A DNA stretch of 64,000 nt. It comes from an archaeon. Its GTDB lineage: Archaea > Micrarchaeota > Micrarchaeia > Norongarragalinales > UBA97. The position numbers and the translations under genes are program-made. The stretch covers positions 64,001-128,000 of the forward strand of contig JAGVFW010000004.1 in the NCBI GenBank assembly GCA_020057405.1, written 5' to 3'. Under the pieces are notes generated by a model that did no database searches, had not been told where the DNA came from, and saw nothing but the letters and a program-made list of their open reading frames with translations. This document shows, piece by piece, positions 8,512-16,799 of this stretch. Numbering within the stretch: position 1 is the stretch's first letter; each line of letters opens with the position of its first letter.

Positions 8512-9246
8512 TTAACCGGTTTCGGCCTGCTCTGCAGTGCCGTATTTTGCCTTGAGCGCTTCAAGTTGCAGCTCGCGGACCTTCTTGCTTGCCTCAAAGG
8601 CCATGTCGAGGCCCTTTGCAAGCTCGTCGCGCGTGAGCATGCCGTCCATCTGCCAGAGGACTATCTCGCCGGTGCGGTGAGAAAAGCCGACTGGCATGTC
8701 GCTGGAGCCGAAGTTGTCCTCGTCCTTGTCGAGATCGACGACAATCCGGCCCTCGATCTTGCCAACCGACACGGGGCTGACGAGGTCACGCATTGGAATG
8801 CCGGCGTCGACTAGCGCCAGGCTCGCTGCAGTCAGTGCCGCAACGCGCGTGCCGCCGTCGCTTTGTATGACTTCGGTGCTGATGTCAACTGAAGTCTTCG
8901 GGAACTGGTTTACCAGCACAAGATTCTCAAAAACGTGCTTGAGGACTTTCGAGATTTCAATGCTCCTGCGATTGGGCCCGGCGCGCCCGTGCTCCTCCAT
9001 CGAGCAGAAGGGCGCCATGACGTAGCGGAAGCTGATGCGGGCCTTGTGCGGGTTGGTCTGGTGCTTTGGGAAAACTTCCCTCGGGCCGTAAACTGCGGCA
9101 ATCACTTTATTCTTGCCCCACTCGACCATCGCGCTGCCGTTGGCCTGCTTTAGGATGCCGACAGACATTGAGAGCGGCCGCAAGTCCACATCGGACCTGC
9201 CGCTAAGGCGCTTTCCGTCGTCGCCCAATAGTTTCTTTTCAGTCAT
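8512..9246 (-). CDS. rrp41: Exosome complex exonuclease Rrp41
   Basis: AAVYGPRE, RRSIEIS, QSDGGTR, EDNFGSSDMP motifs. Confidence 0.95.
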   Translation of the reverse strand: MTEKKLLGDDGKRLSGRSDVDLRPLSMSVGILKQANGSAMVEWGKNKVIAAVYGPREVFPKHQTNPHKARISFRYVMAPFCSMEEHGRAGPNRRSIEISKVLKHVFENLVLVNQFPKTSVDISTEVIQSDGGTRVAALTAASLALVDAGIPMRDLVSPVSVGKIEGRIVVDLDKDEDNFGSSDMPVGFSHRTGEIVLWQMDGMLTRDELAKGLDMAFEASKKVRELQLEALKAKYGTAEQAETG

Positions 9247-9263
9247 TTTCAAATCAACTCCTT

Positions 9264-9890
9264 TTAAACGCTAGATTCTGGGGATGCCTTCTTGCCCGTC
9301 GCCGCCTCGAGGAACTCGCGCATGCGGTCGGTAAGGCCAGGCGTGTGGGCCTCGGCGTCAATCTTCATTATCGCCATCGACGCGAGCGTCGTGTTGCCGC
9401 CGCGAAGGTAAATGCGGCCATTTTTCCCGATGAAGAGGTCGCATCCGGTAAAGTCGCGGATCATCGCAAGCATGCTGCCGTTTTTCCCGATGATTCTGGG
9501 GACCTTGACGTAATCCACTTCAAGGATGGTGCCGCCGGAGAACTTGCGGGGCTCGACGAGGGTCGCCGCGTGAACCTCGTTTACTTCGGCCACTTTCGCG
9601 CTGATGACGTCGCCGACCGCGAAAGCCTCGCGCGTCTCGCGGTTGCTGAAGTTGCCCTCGTAAGGCGAGTGCAGCTCGACTATGTAGCCGGAAAACTTCT
9701 CGACGATGACGATGCCGACAACATAGTCGCCGGGAACGGGCAGGTAGTGGCCCTTAAGGGGGACGAAGCGGTCGTCGCGAACTAGGCCCATCACGCTTGC
9801 GTAGGTGCGCCCGTCGTCAACGAAAGTGCCCTCCAAGTCCAGTGGTTTTTCAAACAACTGCTCGCCGGGCGAGATTATTTTTTGCATCAT
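9264..9890 (-). CDS. rrp4: Exosome RNA-binding protein Rrp4
   Basis: S1 plus KH domains, KVPRIIGKNGSM, IGKNGRIY. Confidence 0.93.
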   Translation of the reverse strand: MMQKIISPGEQLFEKPLDLEGTFVDDGRTYASVMGLVRDDRFVPLKGHYLPVPGDYVVGIVIVEKFSGYIVELHSPYEGNFSNRETREAFAVGDVISAKVAEVNEVHAATLVEPRKFSGGTILEVDYVKVPRIIGKNGSMLAMIRDFTGCDLFIGKNGRIYLRGGNTTLASMAIMKIDAEAHTPGLTDRMREFLEAATGKKASPESSV

Positions 9891-9906
9891 TGTTCCAATC
9901 AACTCC

Positions 9907-10599
9907 TCATTCAAGCGCTTTAGTCTCAATCCGGCCCTGCGTCAACTTGTTGAGCCGGTCGTAAAATTGATTCGTGATTCCTGCAGGCATTTCGCACACG
10001 ACCGCCAATGACCCGTCACCGAGCCACTCCTCGCGCTGCAAGCCGTACTCCTTTAGTACGCCGTAAACTTTTGGCGCAAATTCGGCTGGCACTTTTACCG
10101 CCACCTTCGCCTTTGCAACGCTTATCGGGATTATCTCGCGAATCTCTTCAATCGCCGCTTCCATCTGCTCCTCAGCGCTCTTGAAAGCCTCGATGCCGAA
10201 CTTGGCTTCCTCAAGCGCTTTTTCAATGCGGGCAGGCGGGTGGGGCGCTTTCGTGCGCGGGTCAACGCAATTCCTTGCGATGAGCTCGATTAACTTGAGG
10301 CGCTTTTCCTCAATGTGCTTTCGGCGCTGGTCGGTGGTAAGCTGCAGTTCGCCCTCGGCGAAAATGCGGGCCGCGATTGGCGCGAACTCCTCGGTACCGA
10401 AAGTCTTTTTCAGCGCGGCTGAAGTCTGCCTCTCGCCTTTTTTCGCGTCTTTAAACACTTCGTCGACTAGGACTACATTGTCGAAGTCCTTCTTCACGCC
10501 GGTTTTGAAGTCGTAGGCGAGCTTGGGGTCGACGATGATTTCGAACCGCTCGTTGGCCTTCTCAAGCCGGGCTACTATGGTATTTTCGATGCCGCTCAT
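9907..10599 (-). CDS. sdo1: Ribosome maturation protein SBDS/Sdo1
   Basis: [37 protein letters not shown]. Confidence 0.95.
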   Translation of the reverse strand: MSGIENTIVARLEKANERFEIIVDPKLAYDFKTGVKKDFDNVVLVDEVFKDAKKGERQTSAALKKTFGTEEFAPIAARIFAEGELQLTTDQRRKHIEEKRLKLIELIARNCVDPRTKAPHPPARIEKALEEAKFGIEAFKSAEEQMEAAIEEIREIIPISVAKAKVAVKVPAEFAPKVYGVLKEYGLQREEWLGDGSLAVVCEMPAGITNQFYDRLNKLTQGRIETKALE

Positions 10600-10637
10600 A
10601 ATCCCACCTTGGGGGGAGCGGAAAGCAGGGAGAAGAG

Positions 10638-11354
10638 TTACTTCTCGCCCAGGAGCTTTGCGACTTCCGGCTGCGACAGGACTTCCGCCTTGCCGGTCTT
10701 AAGGTCGATGCGCGCCAAGTCAACCATGCGCGAAGTGAGTTTAGACTCAACTACCTTGCGCAAAGCCTTGACTGCAAGCTCCATGCCTTCCTGGGCACTC
10801 ATGCTTTCCTTGTATTCTTTTTCAAACATTTCCTCAACGGCCTTCTTGCCCGCCCCAATGGCGGTGGCCTTGTACTCGAAGAGCGCCCCGCTCGGGTCGG
10901 TCTCAAAAATCTTTCCTGCGCCGCTAGTCACCCCAGCGATGAGAATCGAGACGCCGTATGGCCGGACGCCTCCGTACTGCGTGTAAAACTGGATGTGATC
11001 GCCCACTTCCTTCGCCATGGCCTCGATTGGCATTGGCTCGTTGTAAAGCATGCGGTGGCGCTGTGAAATCAGGCGCGCGAAGTCAATGAGCTTGCGGGCG
11101 TCGGCAACGAGGCCGCTTGAAGCCGCTGCAGTGTGGCTGTCAATTAAGTAAATCTTCTCGTGGCTGTCGCCCACCATCAGGGGCGATGAAATGCGCTTGT
11201 GGGCCGCGAGCACGATGCCGTCCTTGCAGACAAGGGCGATGCTCGTGCTGCCGGTCTTGACCGCCTCGCGGGCGTACTCCACTTGGAAGAGACGGCCGTC
11301 AGGCGAAAAGACGGTAATTGCACGGTCATAAGCTGCTTGCGACGGAGGATACAT
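10638..11354 (-). CDS. psmA: Proteasome subunit alpha
   Basis: [24 protein letters not shown] signature; GGVRPYGVS. Confidence 0.97.
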   Translation of the reverse strand: MYPPSQAAYDRAITVFSPDGRLFQVEYAREAVKTGSTSIALVCKDGIVLAAHKRISSPLMVGDSHEKIYLIDSHTAAASSGLVADARKLIDFARLISQRHRMLYNEPMPIEAMAKEVGDHIQFYTQYGGVRPYGVSILIAGVTSGAGKIFETDPSGALFEYKATAIGAGKKAVEEMFEKEYKESMSAQEGMELAVKALRKVVESKLTSRMVDLARIDLKTGKAEVLSQPEVAKLLGEK

Positions 11355-11467
11355 AATCAAGCCACCTCAAACTACGAGCCCGCCACGCAGGGTCGGGTCG
11401 ATCGTATTTTTAAACTCTGAAATAAGTTTGCCAAAACACCTTATTAATGCTTCCTGAAAAGAGGGGA

Positions 11468-11812
11468 TTATGCTCCGGGTTTGGCCACGCCACGCCTTCC
11501 TGAAACGCCTGGGGTCAGCTTGCCAATCATGCCGCTGATGAGCTTTAAGCGCAGGGCAATCGGCGAGCCGCGGAACTCGGTCTTTGCGGCAACTGCGGTG
11601 ATGACGAAGTCAAGCTGCGAGGTGGCGCACTTGATTACAAGCTCCTGCCTCGCGTCGTCAAACAATTTTGCCGAAACAACCGCCTTTGCCGCACCCTCTT
11701 CCCCAAGGAGGCCGAAGACCGCCTCGTAGACTGCGTGCTTGGCTTCCTCGGCCGACAGCCTGCGCGGGCACTCGATTTGCAAAAGCAAGTAGCGCTTCTT
11801 TTCGGAAACCAT
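11468..11812 (-). CDS. rnp2: RNase P protein component 2 (Pop5/Rpp14)
   Basis: EKKRYL, LLGEEG, ISGMI motifs; superoperon position. Confidence 0.85.
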   Translation of the reverse strand: MVSEKKRYLLLQIECPRRLSAEEAKHAVYEAVFGLLGEEGAAKAVVSAKLFDDARQELVIKCATSQLDFVITAVAAKTEFRGSPIALRLKLISGMIGKLTPGVSGRRGVAKPGA

Positions 11813-11813
11813 T

Positions 11814-12392
11814 TTAGTTTTTCACCGGCTTTGACTTCGAATACCACCTTGCGAACGCTGCGAATGCCTTTGAGCGCGAGCTGTTGGCAAGCTTGGCGGC
11901 AACAGACATCTGCGAGTAGGCCTTCTTGCCACCTGCGGGGATGAAGACCGGGTCGTAAGCGAGTTTTTCGTGGTGCGCAGCGGGACCCTTTGAAAGCGGC
12001 ACGCGGCCGTCAGTGCGGCCTGCGAAAACCCTCGGCTTGCGGCCCTGCTCTGCAAACGCGACGACGGTTTCGAAGTGCGCTTTTCGGTTCGTTCCTGCCG
12101 CCATCTTGAGCACGCCGTCAAGGCCGATAGTCTGCATCACCCACTTGCTGTAGGGGCCGGGAAAATTGCCCCAAGAGTCAAGGAAAAATCCCGTGTCCTC
12201 GACGACAACAGGCGCGCGAAGGATTTTTGCCGCGTGGATGGCTTTTGCAGAAGCGATTTTGGCAATGCTGTCGGATTGGAGTTCCTCTAGCTCGATTGCT
12301 TTTTGGACAACTGAAATGCCGAACCGCTTGAGAACCGCGCTGGCCTCGGAAAACTTGCCGCCGTTACTCGTTGCGAAAGTGACGCGCTTCAT
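11814..12392 (-). CDS. rdgB: Non-canonical purine NTP pyrophosphatase (HAM1/RdgB)
   Basis: FATSNGGKFSE, VEDTGF, FPGPYSK, YDPVFIP; the usual SHR motif reads SSR. Confidence 0.9.
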   Translation of the reverse strand: MKRVTFATSNGGKFSEASAVLKRFGISVVQKAIELEELQSDSIAKIASAKAIHAAKILRAPVVVEDTGFFLDSWGNFPGPYSKWVMQTIGLDGVLKMAAGTNRKAHFETVVAFAEQGRKPRVFAGRTDGRVPLSKGPAAHHEKLAYDPVFIPAGGKKAYSQMSVAAKLANSSRSKAFAAFARWYSKSKPVKN

Positions 12393-12946
12393 TCGAGTCC
12401 CTCCAACAACTTTTGCGGCGTTTTTGAAATCGCTGCTGAAGCCTGCTCGGGCGAAATGCCATAGAAGACGCCGATGGCAATGACTTCGCGCGGGGACTTC
12501 AGCTCGAAAGCCGTTTGCGCCCCCGATGTGAAGACGAATGGCGCTTTGAACTTGAGGCACAGGCGCAGGAAAGCGCGCACTTGGGAAACGAGCTTGGCGC
12601 GGTAGACGAACTTGCTTGAAAGAAACGCGCGGACGGGAATCTCGAATGCTAGGGGCGCGTTCCTTGCCGCCTCGCCAACCGCCCGCACGAGGCCGTCGTC
12701 TTTTTGGAATTTGGGTACCTTAAGCGGGTTGACTAGGAGAAGGCCGGCGTCTCGCTTGCACGCGGCGCGCAATAGCTCGGAGTTTGTTGACTCGACAGCG
12801 TTCACTCCCGTTGACGGGAGGCGCTTTAGGTCCTTGGCAGTTGCTAGTGAGAGTGAAAAAGCGGGTTTGGCGTAAGAAAAACCCAGTTCGCTTGCGCGGG
12901 ATTCAAGCTCCGCGCTTGCGAGATTCAAGTCGTTAAAGGAAGTCAT
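12389..12946 (-). CDS. rnp3: RNase P protein component 3 (Rpp30)
   Basis: AFEIP, PFVFTSGA..FELKSPRE motif; follows rpl15e. Confidence 0.85.
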   Translation of the reverse strand: MTSFNDLNLASAELESRASELGFSYAKPAFSLSLATAKDLKRLPSTGVNAVESTNSELLRAACKRDAGLLLVNPLKVPKFQKDDGLVRAVGEAARNAPLAFEIPVRAFLSSKFVYRAKLVSQVRAFLRLCLKFKAPFVFTSGAQTAFELKSPREVIAIGVFYGISPEQASAAISKTPQKLLEGLE

Positions 12947-13419
12947 TTGGTTGCCTTTGCCGAAGCGGTCTTTGCGGCCGGTGCAGAAACTTTCCTGACT
13001 AATGGCTTGTGAGACTGCTTGAGGCACATGATGACTTCGTAGTACTCGTGCGTGCCGTCTTTTCCGGCAAAGTAGGAGCCTACCACGCGCATGTTGATGT
13101 GGCCGCGCGCGGCACGCTGCTCTGCGAGCCACTGCTTGCTGTAAGCGGGAGAGACGCGCTTCTGGTTCTTGCCCGACTTTCGGCCAAGCTTCGCCTTGCG
13201 CCTGATGCGCCTGCCCTTCGGCGTGCGCACGCGCACGATGACGAACTCCTTCTTGGCCTTGTAGCCAAGCGCGCGGGCACGCGGGATGTTGGAGGGACCC
13301 GTTGCGCGGGCGACGGTGGAGCCTGACTTCCAGGCAGACACTCTCGCGCGATAAGCATCACTGCGTGTGGCCATCGACTTGGCCATTGACTTCGTCATCA
13401 TCGAGTAAGCACTTTCCAA
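12943..13419 (-). CDS. rpl15e: 50S ribosomal protein eL15
   Basis: RARALGYKAKK, LAEQRAAR, SYFAGKDG..YYEVI. Confidence 0.95.
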   Translation of the reverse strand: MESAYSMMTKSMAKSMATRSDAYRARVSAWKSGSTVARATGPSNIPRARALGYKAKKEFVIVRVRTPKGRRIRRKAKLGRKSGKNQKRVSPAYSKQWLAEQRAARGHINMRVVGSYFAGKDGTHEYYEVIMCLKQSHKPLVRKVSAPAAKTASAKATK

Positions 13420-13502
13420 AGAGTATCACCTGCTGCAAAATAACTAGTGCGCAAGAGTTTTATTGAAGAAAGCGCTTTTATATTCATACGGTGAGGGATC
13501 AA

Positions 13503-13706
13503 ATGAGGGTAAAATTGGGTAACGGCATTACCGCCGGACTCCAAGAGGATTTTCCGAAAGGCTGCACGGTTGCTCAAGTGATGGGGCTAAAGGGCCTTAA
13601 CGGCACTACGGTGATTGCAGTGCTTAACGGCGCTGTGGCGCACCCGGACACCGCCCTTAAGGAAGGCGACGAGCTCGAGCTTGTTGGCGTCATCTACGGC
13701 GGTTAA
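13503..13706 (+). CDS. MoaD/ThiS-like ubiquitin-like sulfur carrier (SAMP)
   Basis: Beta-grasp size, LKEGDELEL, C-terminal GG; near TtuA. Confidence 0.88.
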   Translation: MRVKLGNGITAGLQEDFPKGCTVAQVMGLKGLNGTTVIAVLNGAVAHPDTALKEGDELELVGVIYGG

Positions 13707-13736
13707 AAGCCTTCACGGGCAAGAGTGTTACTGCCT

Positions 13737-14357
13737 ATGCTCGAATTCTTGTCGAACTTCATCAACGCGGTCTACGACGTGCCCGCACTCATCGCGTGGG
13801 GCGGCTACGGCATACTCGCCGCAATCATTTTTGCCGAAACCGGCCTGATGTTCGGATTCTTCCTGCCCGGCGATTCCCTGCTCGTCACCGCAGGGCTTTT
13901 CGCGGCAACCGGGCAGCTTGACTTGTCTTTGCTCATACTCTTCCTCTTCCCCGCTGCGGTGCTTGGCGACGCGCTGGGCTACCTCATTGGAAGCAAGATG
14001 GGCCATGCGCTCTACTCCAGGCCGGACTCGCTCTTTTTCCGCCGCTCGCACCTGCTTAAGGCAAAGGCGTTCTACGAGAAGCACGGAGGCAAGACAATCA
14101 TCATGGCGCGCTTCGTGCCAGTAGTCCGCACTTTCGCGCCAGTTGTCGCGGGTGTGGCGGAAATGCCGTACTCCAAGTTCGCAGTCTACAACATCACAGG
14201 CGCTTTTCTCTGGGTGGCGGGGCTAACCTCCGCGGGATTCTTCCTCGGCCGAGTAATTCCGAACGTAGAGTCGCACTTGAACGTCATCATCGCACTCGTC
14301 ATCATACTCTCTTTCCTGCCTGCAGTCCATGAATGGCACAAAGAACGCAAGAAGTGA
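13737..14357 (+). CDS. dedA: DedA/VTT family membrane protein
   Basis: FAETGLMFGFFLPGDSLL, ARFVPVVRTFAP. Confidence 0.93.
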   Translation: MLEFLSNFINAVYDVPALIAWGGYGILAAIIFAETGLMFGFFLPGDSLLVTAGLFAATGQLDLSLLILFLFPAAVLGDALGYLIGSKMGHALYSRPDSLFFRRSHLLKAKAFYEKHGGKTIIMARFVPVVRTFAPVVAGVAEMPYSKFAVYNITGAFLWVAGLTSAGFFLGRVIPNVESHLNVIIALVIILSFLPAVHEWHKERKK

Positions 14358-14362
14358 ATGAA

Positions 14363-15328
14363 ATGCCCACCTGCACCAAATGCGGCGACCCCGCGGTCAC
14401 GCAGCTCCCTTACAACAAGCAAGACTTGTGCCGCAACTGTTTTTGCGACCAGTTTGAAAAGCGCGTGCGGAAGGCAAACCACGATTTCGAGCTTTTCAGG
14501 CGAGGCGATGTCGTTGCTGTCGGCGTAAGCGGGGGGAAAGACAGCCAAGCGATGCTCTTTGTGCTTGACAAGATGGCCCGCGACTATGCTTTCACGCTTA
14601 GGCCCGTCCTCATCGACGAGGGAATCGAGGGTTACCGCAACGTTGCGGCGAAGAATGCGGAAGCGCTTTGCACTCGCCTCGGCTACGAACTTCACGCAGT
14701 TGCCTTCAAGGACGAGTTCGGAGCCGGAATGGACGAAGTAATGCACAAGCGCGACTCCCTTGCGCTCTCGGTTGAGGGCTTCGAGTCAAGGCCAAGCTGC
14801 ACCTACTGCGGCGTTTTCCGCAAGCAATCACTCAACAAGGCGGCCCTTGACGTTGGCGCGACAAAGCTCGCAATTGGCCACAACGCGGACGACATTGCGC
14901 AGACGTTTTTGATGAACTTATTGCGCAGCGAAACGAGCCGCATCGGCAGGGGCGGGGCGGTCAGCGGGGCAGTTGAGCGCGAGGGCCTGGTGACGCGCGT
15001 AAAGCCGCTTATCTACAACCTGGAAATAGAGTGCGCAATCTACTGCCGGCTACAAAACCTGCCTTTCCACTTGGGCGGCTGCCCGTATGCGGCAGAGGCC
15101 TTCAGGGGACAGGTAAAGGACTTTCTTAACACCGCCGAGGCAGGCAAGCCTGGAGTGAAGTTCAATTTGCTGCGCTCGTTTCTGAAGCTTCGCGAGAAGA
15201 TGGACGGAGACGACGCGGGCGAGCTGGCTTACTGTCGCGAGTGCGGGGCGCCTTGTGGCAGTGACAAGTGCAAGGCGTGCCAGTTCGTGCAAGAGCTTCA
15301 TATTAGCCGAAATGCGACGACGGCTTAG
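14363..15328 (+). CDS. ncsA: tRNA 2-thiolation enzyme TtuA/NcsA family
   Basis: N- and C-terminal Zn fingers, PP-loop SGGKDS, CTYCGVFR, GHNADD, CPY. Confidence 0.92.
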   Translation: MPTCTKCGDPAVTQLPYNKQDLCRNCFCDQFEKRVRKANHDFELFRRGDVVAVGVSGGKDSQAMLFVLDKMARDYAFTLRPVLIDEGIEGYRNVAAKNAEALCTRLGYELHAVAFKDEFGAGMDEVMHKRDSLALSVEGFESRPSCTYCGVFRKQSLNKAALDVGATKLAIGHNADDIAQTFLMNLLRSETSRIGRGGAVSGAVEREGLVTRVKPLIYNLEIECAIYCRLQNLPFHLGGCPYAAEAFRGQVKDFLNTAEAGKPGVKFNLLRSFLKLREKMDGDDAGELAYCRECGAPCGSDKCKACQFVQELHISRNATTA

Positions 15329-15338
15329 TGCGCTTGCC

Positions 15339-15917
15339 TTAGCCGGTAATTCCTGCACGAATTAGTTCTATGCCAACCGCGCCGAGCAGAAGGGCCATGA
15401 CTTTAGAGGCGACTTCGATGGTGTTGCTGCCGATTGCCTTTTGCAGGCGAAGCGAGTTTGTCAGGATTAGCCATGCGATTAAGAGGGCCGCTGCGGCCGC
15501 GGCTGCTGTCGGGAGGAGGCCGAACTGGACGGACAAGACAATGACAGCCGTCATCACGCCGGGACCGGTGAGCATTGGCGTTGCGATGATGACGCTTGCC
15601 ACGTGCGGGTCTGACTGGCCGCCCTTGCGGAACTCAAAGCCAAGCAATGATTCAAGAGCCAAAAGGGCCAGGACGAAGCCGCCGAAGACCTTGAAGCTGG
15701 CAAGAGTCACGCCAAATGCGTCAAGCACTTGCATGCCGAAAAACAGAAAAGCAAAGGCGATGACGGCGGCGACGATGACGGCGTTGTTTGCAGCCGCCTT
15801 TTTGTCGGCGTCGGACATCTTCTTCGTCAGCGACAGGTAGAGGGGAATGCTGGCGAATGGGTCCATGATGGCAAAGAGGATTGCAAAGGCAGATACGAAG
15901 GCAGCAACGAAATCCAT
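15339..15917 (-). CDS. MarC family membrane protein
   Basis: LFAIMDPFASIP, IATPMLTGPG motifs. Confidence 0.9.
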   Translation of the reverse strand: MDFVAAFVSAFAILFAIMDPFASIPLYLSLTKKMSDADKKAAANNAVIVAAVIAFAFLFFGMQVLDAFGVTLASFKVFGGFVLALLALESLLGFEFRKGGQSDPHVASVIIATPMLTGPGVMTAVIVLSVQFGLLPTAAAAAAALLIAWLILTNSLRLQKAIGSNTIEVASKVMALLLGAVGIELIRAGITG

Positions 15918-16007
15918 TTCAAAACCCTTGAACCGCACGCTTTTTAAATTCTCTTTGACACTAGCTATATGTTCTGGTTCTATTTCAAGCAATAGGGTGG
16001 AACTTCT

Positions 16008-16712
16008 ATGGGCATTCGACCAGCTAAAACAATAAGGGATTGGAAGGGCCAACCGTGGGCCCGCATGAGCCAGCGCAGGCCCCGCAAGAGCTTTGTCAAG
16101 GGCGCGCCCCACCCGAAAATCCGCCAGTACAACATGGGCACCGACAAGCGCTTTGAGCTTGAAGTCCACATGGTGCCCGACATTCGCCTACAGCTGCGTG
16201 ACAACTCAATCGAAGCAGCGCGCCAGGCGGCAAACAAGTACCTCGAAAAGACGCTCATGGACAACTTCTTCTTCCAAGTCGTCTCCTTCCCGCACCTCGT
16301 AGTCCGAGAGCACACGGCCCTCGGCGTTGCAGGCGCCGACCGCATCTCAAAGGGAATGAAAGCCGCATTCGGCAAGCCCAAGGGCCGCATGGCCCGCGTG
16401 AAAGCAGGCGAACCCGTCTTCCGCGCGCGCGTGATGAAGAAAGACCTTCCCGCACTCAAGGAAGCCCTGCGCCGCTCGATGCGCAAGCTAAGCGGCAACT
16501 ACTCGCTAATCATCCGCGACATTACCGTTGACCCGAAGAACCTCTTGCGCAGCGTGCTCGGCCGCAAGATGAAGAAGAGAGAAGAAGAGAAGCCTGTTGT
16601 CGAAGCCGCGAAGACTGAAGCCGGCGCAGTACCCGCAGAGGGAGCCGCCGCTGGCAAGGAAGTCGCGGCCAAGCCCGTCGAAAAGAAGGGCTCGCCGATG
16701 AAGACACTCTAA
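16008..16712 (+). CDS. rpl10e: 50S ribosomal protein uL16 (L10e) with low-complexity C-terminal extension
   Basis: IEAARQAANKYL, GADRISKGMKAAFGKP. Confidence 0.95.
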   Translation: MGIRPAKTIRDWKGQPWARMSQRRPRKSFVKGAPHPKIRQYNMGTDKRFELEVHMVPDIRLQLRDNSIEAARQAANKYLEKTLMDNFFFQVVSFPHLVVREHTALGVAGADRISKGMKAAFGKPKGRMARVKAGEPVFRARVMKKDLPALKEALRRSMRKLSGNYSLIIRDITVDPKNLLRSVLGRKMKKREEEKPVVEAAKTEAGAVPAEGAAAGKEVAAKPVEKKGSPMKTL

Positions 16713-16799
16713 GGCACTTAGTCTCCAAAAAGCAAGCCGCGTTTGCGGCAGTTTTTTAGTTCCCTAGCCGCCGCGTTGTTTTTTAACCCCCTGCGCGTA

